A stretch of 63,917 nt of DNA, the filler included. It is 5 parts of 5 records of this genome, joined end to end, with 100 filler letters (N's around TTAATTAATTAA, not from the genome) between each part and the next. Parts side by side here need not be neighbours in the genome. Positions count along the whole stretch, not along the records: positions 26,944 to 34,037 come from DRR723986_5229; positions 34,138 to 49,747 come from DRR723986_5237; 3 more parts are not named here. One strand, given 5' to 3'. Position 1 is the stretch's first letter, and each line of letters starts with the position of its first letter. The position numbers and the translations under genes were made by a program. Below are positions 29,236 to 38,830 of this stretch, piece after piece. The notes under the pieces are model-generated. The model did no database searches. It was given only the letters and a program-made list of their open reading frames with translations, and was not told the DNA's origin.

Positions 29236-30201
29236 TCAGGCCGCCTGCGCAAGCTGGCGGACCCGGTGCTCCAGTTCGATCTGGTCTGCCGCAAAACGGC
29301 GAATGCCATCAGCCAGCTTCTCGGTGGCCATGGCGTCTTCGTTGGATTCCCAGCGGAACTGCTTCTCGTTAATCTGCCCCGGCTTGTCGGGCGAGGAAGC
29401 CGTCTCCGGGTTGAGTTTCCTGGCCAGAGTGCCCTGATCATCCTTCAGCTCCTGAAGCAGTGCCGGACTGATGGTGAGCCGGTCGCAGCCGGCCAGCATT
29501 TCGATTTCGCCGGTGTTGCGGAAGCTGGCACCCATTACCACTGTGTTGAAGCCATTGGCCTTGTAGTAATTGTAGATGCGTGAAACCGAGATTACGCCAG
29601 GATCTTCCTCGGCCGGATAGCTGTCGCGTCCGGAGCTGGCCAGGTGCCAGTCGAGGATACGGCCCACGAACGGTGAGATCAGATGGGCGCCGGCCTGGGC
29701 ACACGCCACTGCCTGCACAAAAGAGAAGAGCAGCGTTAGATTGCAGCGGATGCCTTCTTTCTCAAGCTGCTCTGCTGCACGGATACCCTCCCAGGTGGAG
29801 GCAATCTTGATCAAAACACGGTTAGTGTCCACGCCCAGGCGGTCGTAAAAGTCCACCAGGCGGCGGGCACGTTCCAGAGTGGCGGAGGTGTCGAAGGACA
29901 AACGGGCATCTACCTCGGTGGAGACCACGCCTGGAATCAGCCCGAGAATTTCCTTGCCCGCCAGCACTGCCAGCATGTCGGTTGCGACCGTCAGCTGTTC
30001 GGCATCCGAGCCACCGTGTTTGGCAGCGTAGGCCACGGCCTTTTCCAGCATGGGCCGATACGCCTCAGAGGCCGCGGCCTTCAGCAACAGAGAAGGGTTG
30101 GTGGTGGCGTCTTCCGGGCGCCACTGCCGGATAGCGTCGATATCGCCGGTGTCGGCCACAACCGTGGTCATGGTTTTAAGCTGTTCGAGTTTGCTGTTCA
30201 T
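29236..30201 (-). CDS. tal: transaldolase
   Basis: [48 protein letters not shown]; start at ATG 30201 or GTG 30213. Confidence 0.97.
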   Translation of the reverse strand: MNSKLEQLKTMTTVVADTGDIDAIRQWRPEDATTNPSLLLKAAASEAYRPMLEKAVAYAAKHGGSDAEQLTVATDMLAVLAGKEILGLIPGVVSTEVDARLSFDTSATLERARRLVDFYDRLGVDTNRVLIKIASTWEGIRAAEQLEKEGIRCNLTLLFSFVQAVACAQAGAHLISPFVGRILDWHLASSGRDSYPAEEDPGVISVSRIYNYYKANGFNTVVMGASFRNTGEIEMLAGCDRLTISPALLQELKDDQGTLARKLNPETASSPDKPGQINEKQFRWESNEDAMATEKLADGIRRFAADQIELEHRVRQLAQAA

Positions 30202-30318
30202 TCGTCCTGTCACCCCGATGGTTCGGTGTTATTCGGGCATTCATCCACAATGCCCTTTTAACTCCTACAATAACGGCAGCTTACGACAGTAACAAGACAA
30301 CAAAAGGTATGGTGGCGA

Positions 30319-31332
30319 TCAGGTTTCCAAACTGGGTTCCGGTTCTCTGACTTTCGCCAGCGCCTGTTCGACTACTTCCAGCCCGGAGCCGGGTTTGTTG
30401 GCATTCTCACTCAGATGGCGGCGGAACTGCCGTCCCCCCGGCTGCCCGAGGAACAGGCCCATGATATGGCGGGTAATGTGGGTGAGGTACACGCCCCGGT
30501 CCAGCTCCTGCTGAATGAACGGGAACATGGCCCGGAGCGCCTCATGGCGACTGGTAACGGCCGGTGGCTCGCCGAAAAGCTCAGCGTCTACCTCGGCCAG
30601 CAGCCAGGGATTGTGGTAGGCCTCTCGCCCCAGCATCACGCCATCGGTGTGGGTCAGGTGCTCGTGGCACTCCCCGAAGGTTTTTATGCCGCCGTTGATG
30701 ATGATTTCCAGGTGCGGATAGGCCTGTTTCAGACGATACACCCAGTCGTATTTGAGGGGTGGAATATCGCGGTTCTCCTTCGGGCTCAATCCTTCAAGAA
30801 CGGCGATGCGGGCATGCACAATGAACGTTTTGCAGCCGGCTGCTGCCACGGTTTCAATAAACTCGCACAGCTCGTCCCAGGATTCCCGGCCGTTAATGCC
30901 GATGCGGTGCTTTACCGTAACCGGAAGGTCGGTGGCCTCAATCATTGCGGCCACGCCCTCTGCTACCTTGTCTGGATGACCCATCAGGCAGGCGCCGATC
31001 ATGTTGTTCTGCACCCGGTCGCTGGGGCAACCCACGTTCAGGTTAACCTCGCTGAATCCGAACTGTTGCGCCAGACGCGCGCAATGGGCCAACTCGTTAG
31101 CGTCGCTGCCGCCGAGCTGAAGCGCCAGCGGATACTCTGAAACATCGTGGCGCAGAAAGCGCTCGGTATCCCCATGGATGAGCGCACCTGTGGTGACCAT
31201 TTCCGTATAAAGCAGCGCCCGCTTGCTGAGGATGCGGGCCAGGTAACGAAAGTGCGGGGTGGTCCAGTCCATCATGGGGGCGACGCAGAAGCGACGGGAC
31301 AGGGCCTTTGTGGTGGCTTGCTCAGAAGTCAT
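30319..31332 (-). CDS. dusA: tRNA-dihydrouridine synthase A
   Basis: VAPMMDWT, NLNVGCPSDRVQ, VHAR, LSPKENRDIPPL, INGGI. Confidence 0.95.
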   Translation of the reverse strand: MTSEQATTKALSRRFCVAPMMDWTTPHFRYLARILSKRALLYTEMVTTGALIHGDTERFLRHDVSEYPLALQLGGSDANELAHCARLAQQFGFSEVNLNVGCPSDRVQNNMIGACLMGHPDKVAEGVAAMIEATDLPVTVKHRIGINGRESWDELCEFIETVAAAGCKTFIVHARIAVLEGLSPKENRDIPPLKYDWVYRLKQAYPHLEIIINGGIKTFGECHEHLTHTDGVMLGREAYHNPWLLAEVDAELFGEPPAVTSRHEALRAMFPFIQQELDRGVYLTHITRHIMGLFLGQPGGRQFRRHLSENANKPGSGLEVVEQALAKVREPEPSLET

Positions 31333-31462
31333 CGTATTCCGGATACAGAAAAATTCGGAGTGGAGTCTAACACGAAATATGATCAGCCCTGCCTCCGTAG
31401 TATCCTAAGTCCGGTTCTCTATACCTGCATGGAGCAATCCAATTTATCGGAACGAATGGATC

Positions 31463-32992
31463 ATGCCGCGCTCGCCAAGATCCCCAGTCAGCTTCTTTCG
31501 GGCCCTCTGGTTCTGTTTGGTTGCTGTGGTGGCGGGTGCCCTGACACTCTCTCAGGCAAACGCCACGCCATGGACGTTCTCGCTCCAGCAAGGTCGGATG
31601 GACCTGGCACTGCCTGACTATGAAATCGCCGGCTGGAAAGCGACGGGCATTCACGCAGATATCGTCAATTCTGTTGAAGCAAGTAACAAGCAGGTCGGCG
31701 TTACCTTCCGCCCGGGGTCCCGGCTGACAATAGCCCGCATTGCCCGGCAATCCGGAAGTACCCCCGCAGAGTTAATAGATGTTCAGCTGGATCTCGCGGA
31801 TACCGAGGTAGCCGTTGATCTTGGCGCCCCCGGTGCTATGCCGGAGCGCACGCGCATCTCCGGAAATGTGCGCATCGACGTAGCGGAGATCCGCCACCCG
31901 AGCCTGAAGCCCCAACGCTGGTGGTTTCAGGGCGAGACGAGCGGAACGCTGGCAGATCTGAAACTTGAAGGGACGCTGAATGCCAGCTCGGGCCTGACAG
32001 CCGATCTGGTCTTGCGCAACCAGTCGGCGAGCAACTTGGCTGCCCACATCAGCACGACCATGGCTGCGCAGAAAGCAGGAGAGGCGCTTGCGGCCACGCT
32101 CCTGAACTGGCCGGAACTGCTCGCCCTGGACAGCGGTGAACTGACACTTCAGGCAAATCTCAGGTTGAATTCCAATGAACCACTGGCGGCGGATGCCCGG
32201 TTAGAGCTTACGCATGTATCCGGCGTAATGGACCGCACGGCGTTCACCAACCTGAGCGGGCGCCTGTTGTTTGCCCTGGAAGCGGACACGTTAACCGCCG
32301 GCCTACGAGACATCCGGATAGGCGAAATCGACTCTGGAATCGGCATTGGGCCGATTCAGCTCCTGGCGGATTACGAAGCCAACCTGGCTGCGCCGCTCAG
32401 GGGGCAGCTTGCCGTTCAGCAGGCAACCGCCGAGTTTCTGGGTGGCCGGCTTCGGGTAGCGCCGCGCACTGTGGACCTCTCGAATCGGCCCTGGCATGTT
32501 CCCATTGATGTCTACGATCTTTCGCTGGAGCGACTGCTGCAGGTGTATCCGGCGGAGGGCTTTTCTGGAACCGGCACGTTAACGGGCAGGATTCCGGTCG
32601 CAGTGACCGACGCCGGTGTGAGAGTAGACCAGGGCGCATTGGAAGCTATATCTCCAGGCGGCAAGCTCATCATGCCGGCCGAGCGAATGCAGACCATGTT
32701 GGGCAGCAGTGATGCCATGGAGCTGGTGGTGCAAGCTTTGCAGAACTTTCACTATTCGGCGCTGGAGAGCACGATAGACTACGATGAAGAGGGAAAATTG
32801 GCGCTCGGTCTGAGGCTGGAAGGTGAGAATCCGGATCTTCGTGGCGGGCAGCCGGTTGTGCTCAACATCAATCTTGAAGAGGATATCCCCGCCCTGTTAA
32901 CCAGCCTTCAGCTGAGTGGCAGAGTGAACGAAGCCGTGACCGAAAGGGTTCGGGAACGGTTACAACAATCTGGGCAGGAGGCAGTGCCATGA
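31463..32992 (+). CDS. ydbH: YdbH-family (AsmA-like) intermembrane lipid-transport protein
   Basis: C-terminal G..PV, ALQNFHYS.L, LRLEGENP, LNINLEEDIPALL.SLQ; followed by ynbE and ydbL. Confidence 0.8.
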   Translation: MPRSPRSPVSFFRALWFCLVAVVAGALTLSQANATPWTFSLQQGRMDLALPDYEIAGWKATGIHADIVNSVEASNKQVGVTFRPGSRLTIARIARQSGSTPAELIDVQLDLADTEVAVDLGAPGAMPERTRISGNVRIDVAEIRHPSLKPQRWWFQGETSGTLADLKLEGTLNASSGLTADLVLRNQSASNLAAHISTTMAAQKAGEALAATLLNWPELLALDSGELTLQANLRLNSNEPLAADARLELTHVSGVMDRTAFTNLSGRLLFALEADTLTAGLRDIRIGEIDSGIGIGPIQLLADYEANLAAPLRGQLAVQQATAEFLGGRLRVAPRTVDLSNRPWHVPIDVYDLSLERLLQVYPAEGFSGTGTLTGRIPVAVTDAGVRVDQGALEAISPGGKLIMPAERMQTMLGSSDAMELVVQALQNFHYSALESTIDYDEEGKLALGLRLEGENPDLRGGQPVVLNINLEEDIPALLTSLQLSGRVNEAVTERVRERLQQSGQEAVP

Positions 32993-33204
32993 CAAATCTA
33001 TGGCGTTGGTGCCGGCCACTGGCGGCCAGAACATTGCTGGTTTTAATGTTACCGCTGGCGCTATTTGCGTGCACACCCACTGTGCAGATGGCGGCACCAA
33101 AAGAACCGATTACCGTCAACCTGAACGTAAAGATTCAGCACGAGATCTACGTGAAGGTGGACAAAGAAGTGGACGAGCTGTTCAGCGAACAGGGGCTGTT
33201 CTGA
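32989..33204 (+). CDS. ynbE: YnbE-family lipoprotein
   Basis: Lipobox LFAC, TPTVQMAAPKEPITVNLNVKIQHEI. Confidence 0.9.
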   Translation: MTNLWRWCRPLAARTLLVLMLPLALFACTPTVQMAAPKEPITVNLNVKIQHEIYVKVDKEVDELFSEQGLF

Positions 33205-33245
33205 GCGACACCGGACAATGCCAACGGCTGACCAAGGGGTTGAAT

Positions 33246-33590
33246 ATGAAACGACTGATACAACTGGGCGCCTTTGTGTTGGCGCTCGCCGTAGCAATAC
33301 CGGCGCTGGCCATGGGGCTGGAAGAAGCGAAACAGAAACTGGACACGGCTAAACAGCAGGGCCTGGTGGGGGAAACGCCAAACGGCTACCTGGACGTAGT
33401 GCGTGCAGAAGGCGATGCCCAGGCTGTGGTGAAAGCCATTAACCAGGCCCGCCGGGATGAATACACCCGCATTGCTGAAAAACACGACATTCCGGTGACA
33501 CAGGTTGAGACCGTGGCCGGTCAGAAAGCCATGGAAAAAACGCCCGCAGGCCAGTTTGTGTTGATCAACGGCAAATGGGTGAAGAAGTAA
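33246..33590 (+). CDS. ydbL: YdbL/DUF1318-family protein
   Basis: Signal peptide, AKQQGLVGETPNGYL, IN.ARR.EY..IA, GKWVKK. Confidence 0.88.
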   Translation: MKRLIQLGAFVLALAVAIPALAMGLEEAKQKLDTAKQQGLVGETPNGYLDVVRAEGDAQAVVKAINQARRDEYTRIAEKHDIPVTQVETVAGQKAMEKTPAGQFVLINGKWVKK

Positions 33591-33593
33591 GTC

Positions 33594-34037
33594 TCAATCG
33601 GCCGCTGGGGCCTGCTGCCGAATGGGAGCGGAACCCGTGCTGGCCGACCAGAGCGGATAGGGAATACCTGCCAGCCGGTTCATCACAAAGGCATGGGCCA
33701 ACAGCAACGCCACCCCCGCCATGAGCACTGGCAACTGCGCCGGATTGGGCATCAGGCCCAGGGAAACGATCAGTGCCGTGGCACCGGCCGGAGGGTGAGC
33801 AACCCGAAAAACTACCATCAGACAGCTGGTAAGCCCCAGCGATAATGCCGCCGCACCCACCCTGGGCAGATCAACACCGGTCATAAATGCGGATGCCTGC
33901 CCCTGCAGCCCGAAAATATACAGAGCCAGCAAGCCCATCAGCGCGCCGATCAGGTGCCCGCAGAGTGTATTTCTGGGAGACGCCGGTTGCGCCATGGGCA
34001 CATAGAACAGAATAAAGGCCGTGGCGCCCAGGGAGGG
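33594..34037 (-). CDS. HPP-family membrane protein, 5' end truncated
   Basis: SLGATAFILF, PMAQP, HPPAGATAL. Confidence 0.85.
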   Translation of the reverse strand, partial: PSLGATAFILFYVPMAQPASPRNTLCGHLIGALMGLLALYIFGLQGQASAFMTGVDLPRVGAAALSLGLTSCLMVVFRVAHPPAGATALIVSLGLMPNPAQLPVLMAGVALLLAHAFVMNRLAGIPYPLWSASTGSAPIRQQAPAAD

Positions 34038-34137
34038 NNNNNNNNNNNNNNNNNNNNNNNNNNNNNNNNNNNNNNNNNNNNTTAATTAATTAANNNNNNN
34101 NNNNNNNNNNNNNNNNNNNNNNNNNNNNNNNNNNNNN
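34038..34137. other. artificial contig spacer
   Basis: N44-TTAATTAATTAA-N44. Confidence 0.98.
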
Positions 34138-35658
34138 GATCAGCCCCATGACTTCGCCGATCCGGTCGGCCGCACGGGACAGTTGCCCCATGGTCTGGGA
34201 CGTACCTTCCGCACTGGCAACCGCCTTTTTGGCCACCGTCGTGGAGTTTGACGCCTGGTTGGAGATTTCGTTGATAGACGCTGCCAGTTCCTCGCTGGCA
34301 GATGCGGCCGAGTTGACGTTTTCAGCTGCCACCCGCACGGCGTTGCCGGCCCGGTCAGCCTGCTGGGCAACATCGTCCGCCGCGGCTTCGACGGCGGCAG
34401 AGGTCTGCGTCAGGTCAGAGGTAGACCGGTCGAGACTTTCCAAAGCCTGCCCGACCGTTGCCTCGAAATTGGCGATTAACGATTCAAGACGAGCCACACG
34501 AGTGTCGCGCTGCGCGTTTTCTTCTTCCGATGCGGCCGCGAGGCGCTGCCGTTCGACAGCGTTATCCTGGAAAACGGAAACGGTGCGTGCCATGGCGGCG
34601 ATTTCAACACTGCCTTTGGCGGCAGGCAGATTGACGTCTACATGCCCGGACGCCAGTTCTTCCATGGCGTTCTGGAGACGCGACAACGGATTGGCGATGG
34701 ACCGGCCGATGAGCATTCCGGCCAGGACGCCGGACACCAGGAAAGCGGCGATCACGCTGACGACGGCGAGGGTCGAGTAGGCCCGGACGGTTTCAAGATC
34801 CTGCTCGGCTGCCAGTTCGGCTTCGCGCGCGGCGTTGTTGAGCGATTCCAGGCGTGGCGGCACCAGATCGAACAGCGTTTCCAGAAGTTCGATCGACTTG
34901 TCCTTTTCGGCGACAGCCGCCGTGTAGGCGTCGAACGCTTCCCGGTAGATCGCCATCTTGGTGCCGACGTCTTCCTTGATCTCGTTCGGCAGATAAGCCT
35001 TCTTCAACAGGCGCTCATACCGACCGAAAGCCACCTCGAAGTTGCCGAGGGCAACGTCGTTGCGGTCGAGAATGAATTTCTTTTCCGACAACTGAACATC
35101 GAGCATGGTGGTGACCATCTTCTCGAAGTCCGGACCGCCACCGAAGCGCATTTCCTTCTTCAGGCGCTTCAGCACCTCGTCGGCGTTTTCGCTGAGAGTT
35201 GCTCGAAGGCCTGTTTCGGAATTGAAGCCGATTTCCCGCTGAACGGTATTGAGCGACGAAAAGGCGCCCGACGCCCCGTCGAGCGTGTCGCGAACGTCTG
35301 CGATCTCTGCATTGAAGGCTGCGGCAACTGGCTTGGCGGAGATGTCATCCAGAACCCCATGCGCCTCACTGAGCTTGGCCTCGAAAAGTTCGTGATCCTT
35401 TTCCTCCGGCCGCGCCAGGTAGCCCTTGCCGATGTTGCGCATGCCGTTCGCAATATCTGAAAGATCAGCAACGCTGCGCGCCAGTCCCGCGCTTTGATCA
35501 AGCTTGTTGAAGGCTCCGGCCACCTCGTTCTGGCTCCACCAGAACACCCCGCCGATCGTCAACATGCCGATTGCGGTCAGAAGGCTTAGAGAAAGGATTT
35601 TCAGTTTCACGGAAAGCGCGCCGACACGAGCGAGCGCGGACTGCCCAAACATCTTCAT
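34138..35658 (-). CDS. methyl-accepting chemotaxis protein, 3' end truncated
   Basis: Two TMs flanking a helical periplasmic domain, HAMP (SIANPL..EIAAMARTVSVF), ASEELAASINEIS. Confidence 0.9.
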
Positions 35659-36008
35659 GGATCTACAGGTCCCCAGCCGGACTATTTTTTATCCTGGCGG
35701 GATTTTGATCCTCATAAGTTAAGGAAATCTCGCATTTATTAGTGAATACGTTGCTACCGGATGCTGATTTTCTCACCACAAAATCGCAGTCAAAGGCCAA
35801 CCGGAATGGTGGCGTTATGCCCCTGTTTCACGCAGGCAAGCGTTAACGATTTCAGGACCATCGCGCATGGCTGACCCACTCGGACAACCGATAATTTATA
35901 AGGAATAATGACAGTATAAGATTTTATTCCAACCACACTTGCCGGCGTGTTTCAGAAGTCCGGTTAAGGATTTCATCGCTGCTTTCAAAGGATGGATTTC
36001 GGCTCTAT

Positions 36009-36020
36009 TGCGCTGCAGCA
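36009..36020 (+). promoter_or_regulatory. possible PhaR-type operator upstream of acyl-CoA synthetase
   Basis: TGCGCTGCAGCA fits the TGCRNYGCASMA-type alphaproteobacterial PhaR motif as recalled; about 50 nt before the ATG. Confidence 0.35.
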
Positions 36021-36071
36021 ATGACCGCCCTACACTCCGCTGCTCAAAATTGAAGCACCGGACGCTCTGAA

Positions 36072-37700
36072 ATGCTGCAGCCTACTGGCAACTACGACGC
36101 GCTGAGAGAGACATTCCGCTGGCCTCGGCCCGCAACCTACAACATGGCCGCAGCCGTCAGCGATGAATGGGCTGCAAGAGACCCGGAGCGCCTCGCGATC
36201 CGTCAGGTTCTCGAGAACGGTTCCTGCCGGGACTGGAGCCATCTTGCGCTGAACCGGGCGGCCAATCGCCTTGCCAACGCCCTTGAAGGCCTCGGGCTCA
36301 ACCGCGGCGACCGGGTTGCCCTGCTTCTGCCGCAGATCCCACAAACCGCCATCGCACATCTGGCGGCCTACAAGACCGGCGCAATTGCAGTGCCTCTGGC
36401 AGCCCTGTTCGGACTGGAGGCGCTGCGCTACCGGCTCTCAGATTCCGGCGCCCGCGTTCTGGTGACAGACACGGCCGGCCTGGCAAAGCTTGCGGAAATC
36501 CGGTCCGACCTGCCCGGCCTTGATCTGGTGATCTCGGTCGACGGACCGGAAACCGGCGTATTCGGGTTTGACGATCTGCTGGACAAGGCGTCCGACACCT
36601 ACCGGACCCTTGCGACCACACCCGACGATCCGGCTTTGATGATCTACACATCCGGCACCACGGGGCAGCCCAAGGGCGTGTTGCATGGCCACCGGGTGCT
36701 GCTCGGCCATATGCCCGGCATCGAGCTTTCGCAGAATTTCCTCGGCCGTGAAGGTGACTTGCTCTGGACGCCCGCAGACTGGGCCTGGGCAGGCGGCTTG
36801 CTGAATGCGCTGTTTCCGGCTCTGTCTCTCGGCGTGCCGGTGGTCTGCCACGCGTCTCGCAAGTTCGACCCGGAATTCGCCTTCCATCTTCTTGAAAGAC
36901 AGAAGATCCGCAATGCCTTCATTCCGCCGACGGCTTTGAAGATGCTGCGCGCGGTGGAGCGTCCGGCCGAGCGCTTCGACCTCACCTGGCGCAGCGTCGG
37001 CTCTGCCGGAGAATCCCTCGGCAGGGAAACCTATGACTGGTTCGCTGCGGAATTCGGCTTCAACGTCAATGAATTCTATGGCCAGACGGAATGTAACGCG
37101 GTGCTCGGTTCTGCGGCCGCCCTTGGCGTCAGCCGCTCTGGCGCCATCGGCAAGGCAACGCCTGGCCATCAGGTTGCGATCATCGATGATGAAGGCAATG
37201 AGCTGCCGGCAGAAACCCTCGGCCAGATCGCCATCCGCCGGCCGGACCCGGTAATGTTCCTGGAATACTGGAACAAGCCGGAGGCGACGCGGGAGAAGTT
37301 CATCGGAGACTGGATGATCACCGGCGACCAGGGCCTGATGGACGAGGACGGCTACGTCCATTTCGTTGGCCGCGACGACGACATCATCACCTCGGCAAGC
37401 TACCGGATCGGCCCAGGCGAGATCGAGGATTGCCTGCTGAAGCATCCGTCGATCGCGCTTGCCGCGGCTGTCGGCAAACCGGATCCGCTGCGCACGGAAA
37501 TCGTCAAGGCCTTCATCGTCCTGAAGCCGGGCACGGAAAAAAGCGCGGCTCTGGAAAACGATATCCGCACGTTCGTCCGCGAACGTCTTTCGGCGCATGA
37601 ATATCCGCGGGAAATCGAATTCGTCACCTCGTTGCCGATGACCACCACCGGCAAGATCATACGCAGGAAATTGCGGGACCTGGAGAGCGTTGAAGGCTAG
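36072..37700 (+). CDS. acyl-CoA synthetase (AMP-binding, medium-chain/acetate type)
   Basis: YTSGTTGQPKG, YGQTE, TGD, GRDDD, TGKIIR. Confidence 0.93.
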   Translation: MLQPTGNYDALRETFRWPRPATYNMAAAVSDEWAARDPERLAIRQVLENGSCRDWSHLALNRAANRLANALEGLGLNRGDRVALLLPQIPQTAIAHLAAYKTGAIAVPLAALFGLEALRYRLSDSGARVLVTDTAGLAKLAEIRSDLPGLDLVISVDGPETGVFGFDDLLDKASDTYRTLATTPDDPALMIYTSGTTGQPKGVLHGHRVLLGHMPGIELSQNFLGREGDLLWTPADWAWAGGLLNALFPALSLGVPVVCHASRKFDPEFAFHLLERQKIRNAFIPPTALKMLRAVERPAERFDLTWRSVGSAGESLGRETYDWFAAEFGFNVNEFYGQTECNAVLGSAAALGVSRSGAIGKATPGHQVAIIDDEGNELPAETLGQIAIRRPDPVMFLEYWNKPEATREKFIGDWMITGDQGLMDEDGYVHFVGRDDDIITSASYRIGPGEIEDCLLKHPSIALAAAVGKPDPLRTEIVKAFIVLKPGTEKSAALENDIRTFVRERLSAHEYPREIEFVTSLPMTTTGKIIRRKLRDLESVEG

Positions 37701-37711
37701 CTTCGCCTGTT

Positions 37712-38830
37712 TCAGGCGCGCAGGCGCTTTCTCAGTGTCTTTGCAGCTCGGCGCAGGGCTTGTTCAAGCTTCAGGTCCGTCTTGCACAACGACCGCTTCA
37801 GGCCATCGGCAAAAAGCATCGTGCCGGTTTCCAGCCGGCCTCGCCACAAGGGCTCGATCATCGAATGCCCGGGAATGGCCAGGGAATCCGCCCCCCTGAA
37901 GCCAGGAATGGCCAGATTGATCTTCAAGGCCTGCAGCGCGATCTGGGCGCCGGGAGAATAGCGGGCAAACTCCTCGTCAAAGGCGATCTTCCAGGAATAC
38001 ACCTTGCCGGACTGCTGAAACAGCACCAGGGCGGCAACCAGTGTCTGTCCCGACCAGAGCTGGTCGATCCGGACCCCGTTGCGACTTGCCAGATTGGCGA
38101 CGGCCGTGCGGGCGAAGTCCGCCGTCCCGGACTGACTGCCCAGCGCGGTTCCGGACCGGCCCTTCCAGCCGGAGGCCTCGAGCTCCAGAAAGGCTTCGAA
38201 CCCGGCAACGGCATCAGATCCGGACAGACTGCGGAAGGTGGTCTTGCCATGGTCACCGAGCCGGCGCATCAGCCGGCGCATTTCCTTGCGCCTCTTGCCG
38301 CTGTCAGCCTCGGCAAGTTGTGACTTGCCTGTCGCTCCGGCGCCGTGGCTCGCCCGGAAGGACTTCGCCAGAACCGACTTCTTTCCCGCGCCCACCGCCC
38401 TCAAGCGCGTTGCCGACTGAGAATGAAGCGGCAGATAGGGGATAGCGAGCGCATTCCCGGGCTCTCTGGCGGCATTGATGAATGCGGAGATTGCCTCGGC
38501 ACTTGCGTCCGGGTGGATCAGCGGTGTTCCGAGCGGCGCGTATTCGCTTGCCCAGGTGGTGTTGACCGCAACGGCCAATCCAAAACGACGTCGGCCGACG
38601 GGGGCCGCCACCAGCCAGCGGCCACCCGGCCGCTCCCGGACCACGACAAGTCGTACCGCCTGTTTGCTCATCTTTTCCAGAAACGGACGAAGGAAATCCG
38701 GACCAAAGAAAGGGTTCGGACTGAGGGCAGCCGCACAAAGCGTCTGCCAGTCCTCAAGCGGTATGGCGGCGCTCAACGGATCGAGGGACAAGACCTCGAG
38801 CTGCACGGAAGAGAGCGTATCATTGGTCAA
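37712..38830 (-). CDS. GNAT family acetyltransferase (CelD/BcsL-like, polysaccharide-associated)
   Basis: NPFF.PDFL, LEASGWKGRSGTA, WKIAFDEEFARYSPG; probable TTG start overlapping the flippase stop. Confidence 0.8.
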   Translation of the reverse strand: MTNDTLSSVQLEVLSLDPLSAAIPLEDWQTLCAAALSPNPFFGPDFLRPFLEKMSKQAVRLVVVRERPGGRWLVAAPVGRRRFGLAVAVNTTWASEYAPLGTPLIHPDASAEAISAFINAAREPGNALAIPYLPLHSQSATRLRAVGAGKKSVLAKSFRASHGAGATGKSQLAEADSGKRRKEMRRLMRRLGDHGKTTFRSLSGSDAVAGFEAFLELEASGWKGRSGTALGSQSGTADFARTAVANLASRNGVRIDQLWSGQTLVAALVLFQQSGKVYSWKIAFDEEFARYSPGAQIALQALKINLAIPGFRGADSLAIPGHSMIEPLWRGRLETGTMLFADGLKRSLCKTDLKLEQALRRAAKTLRKRLRA

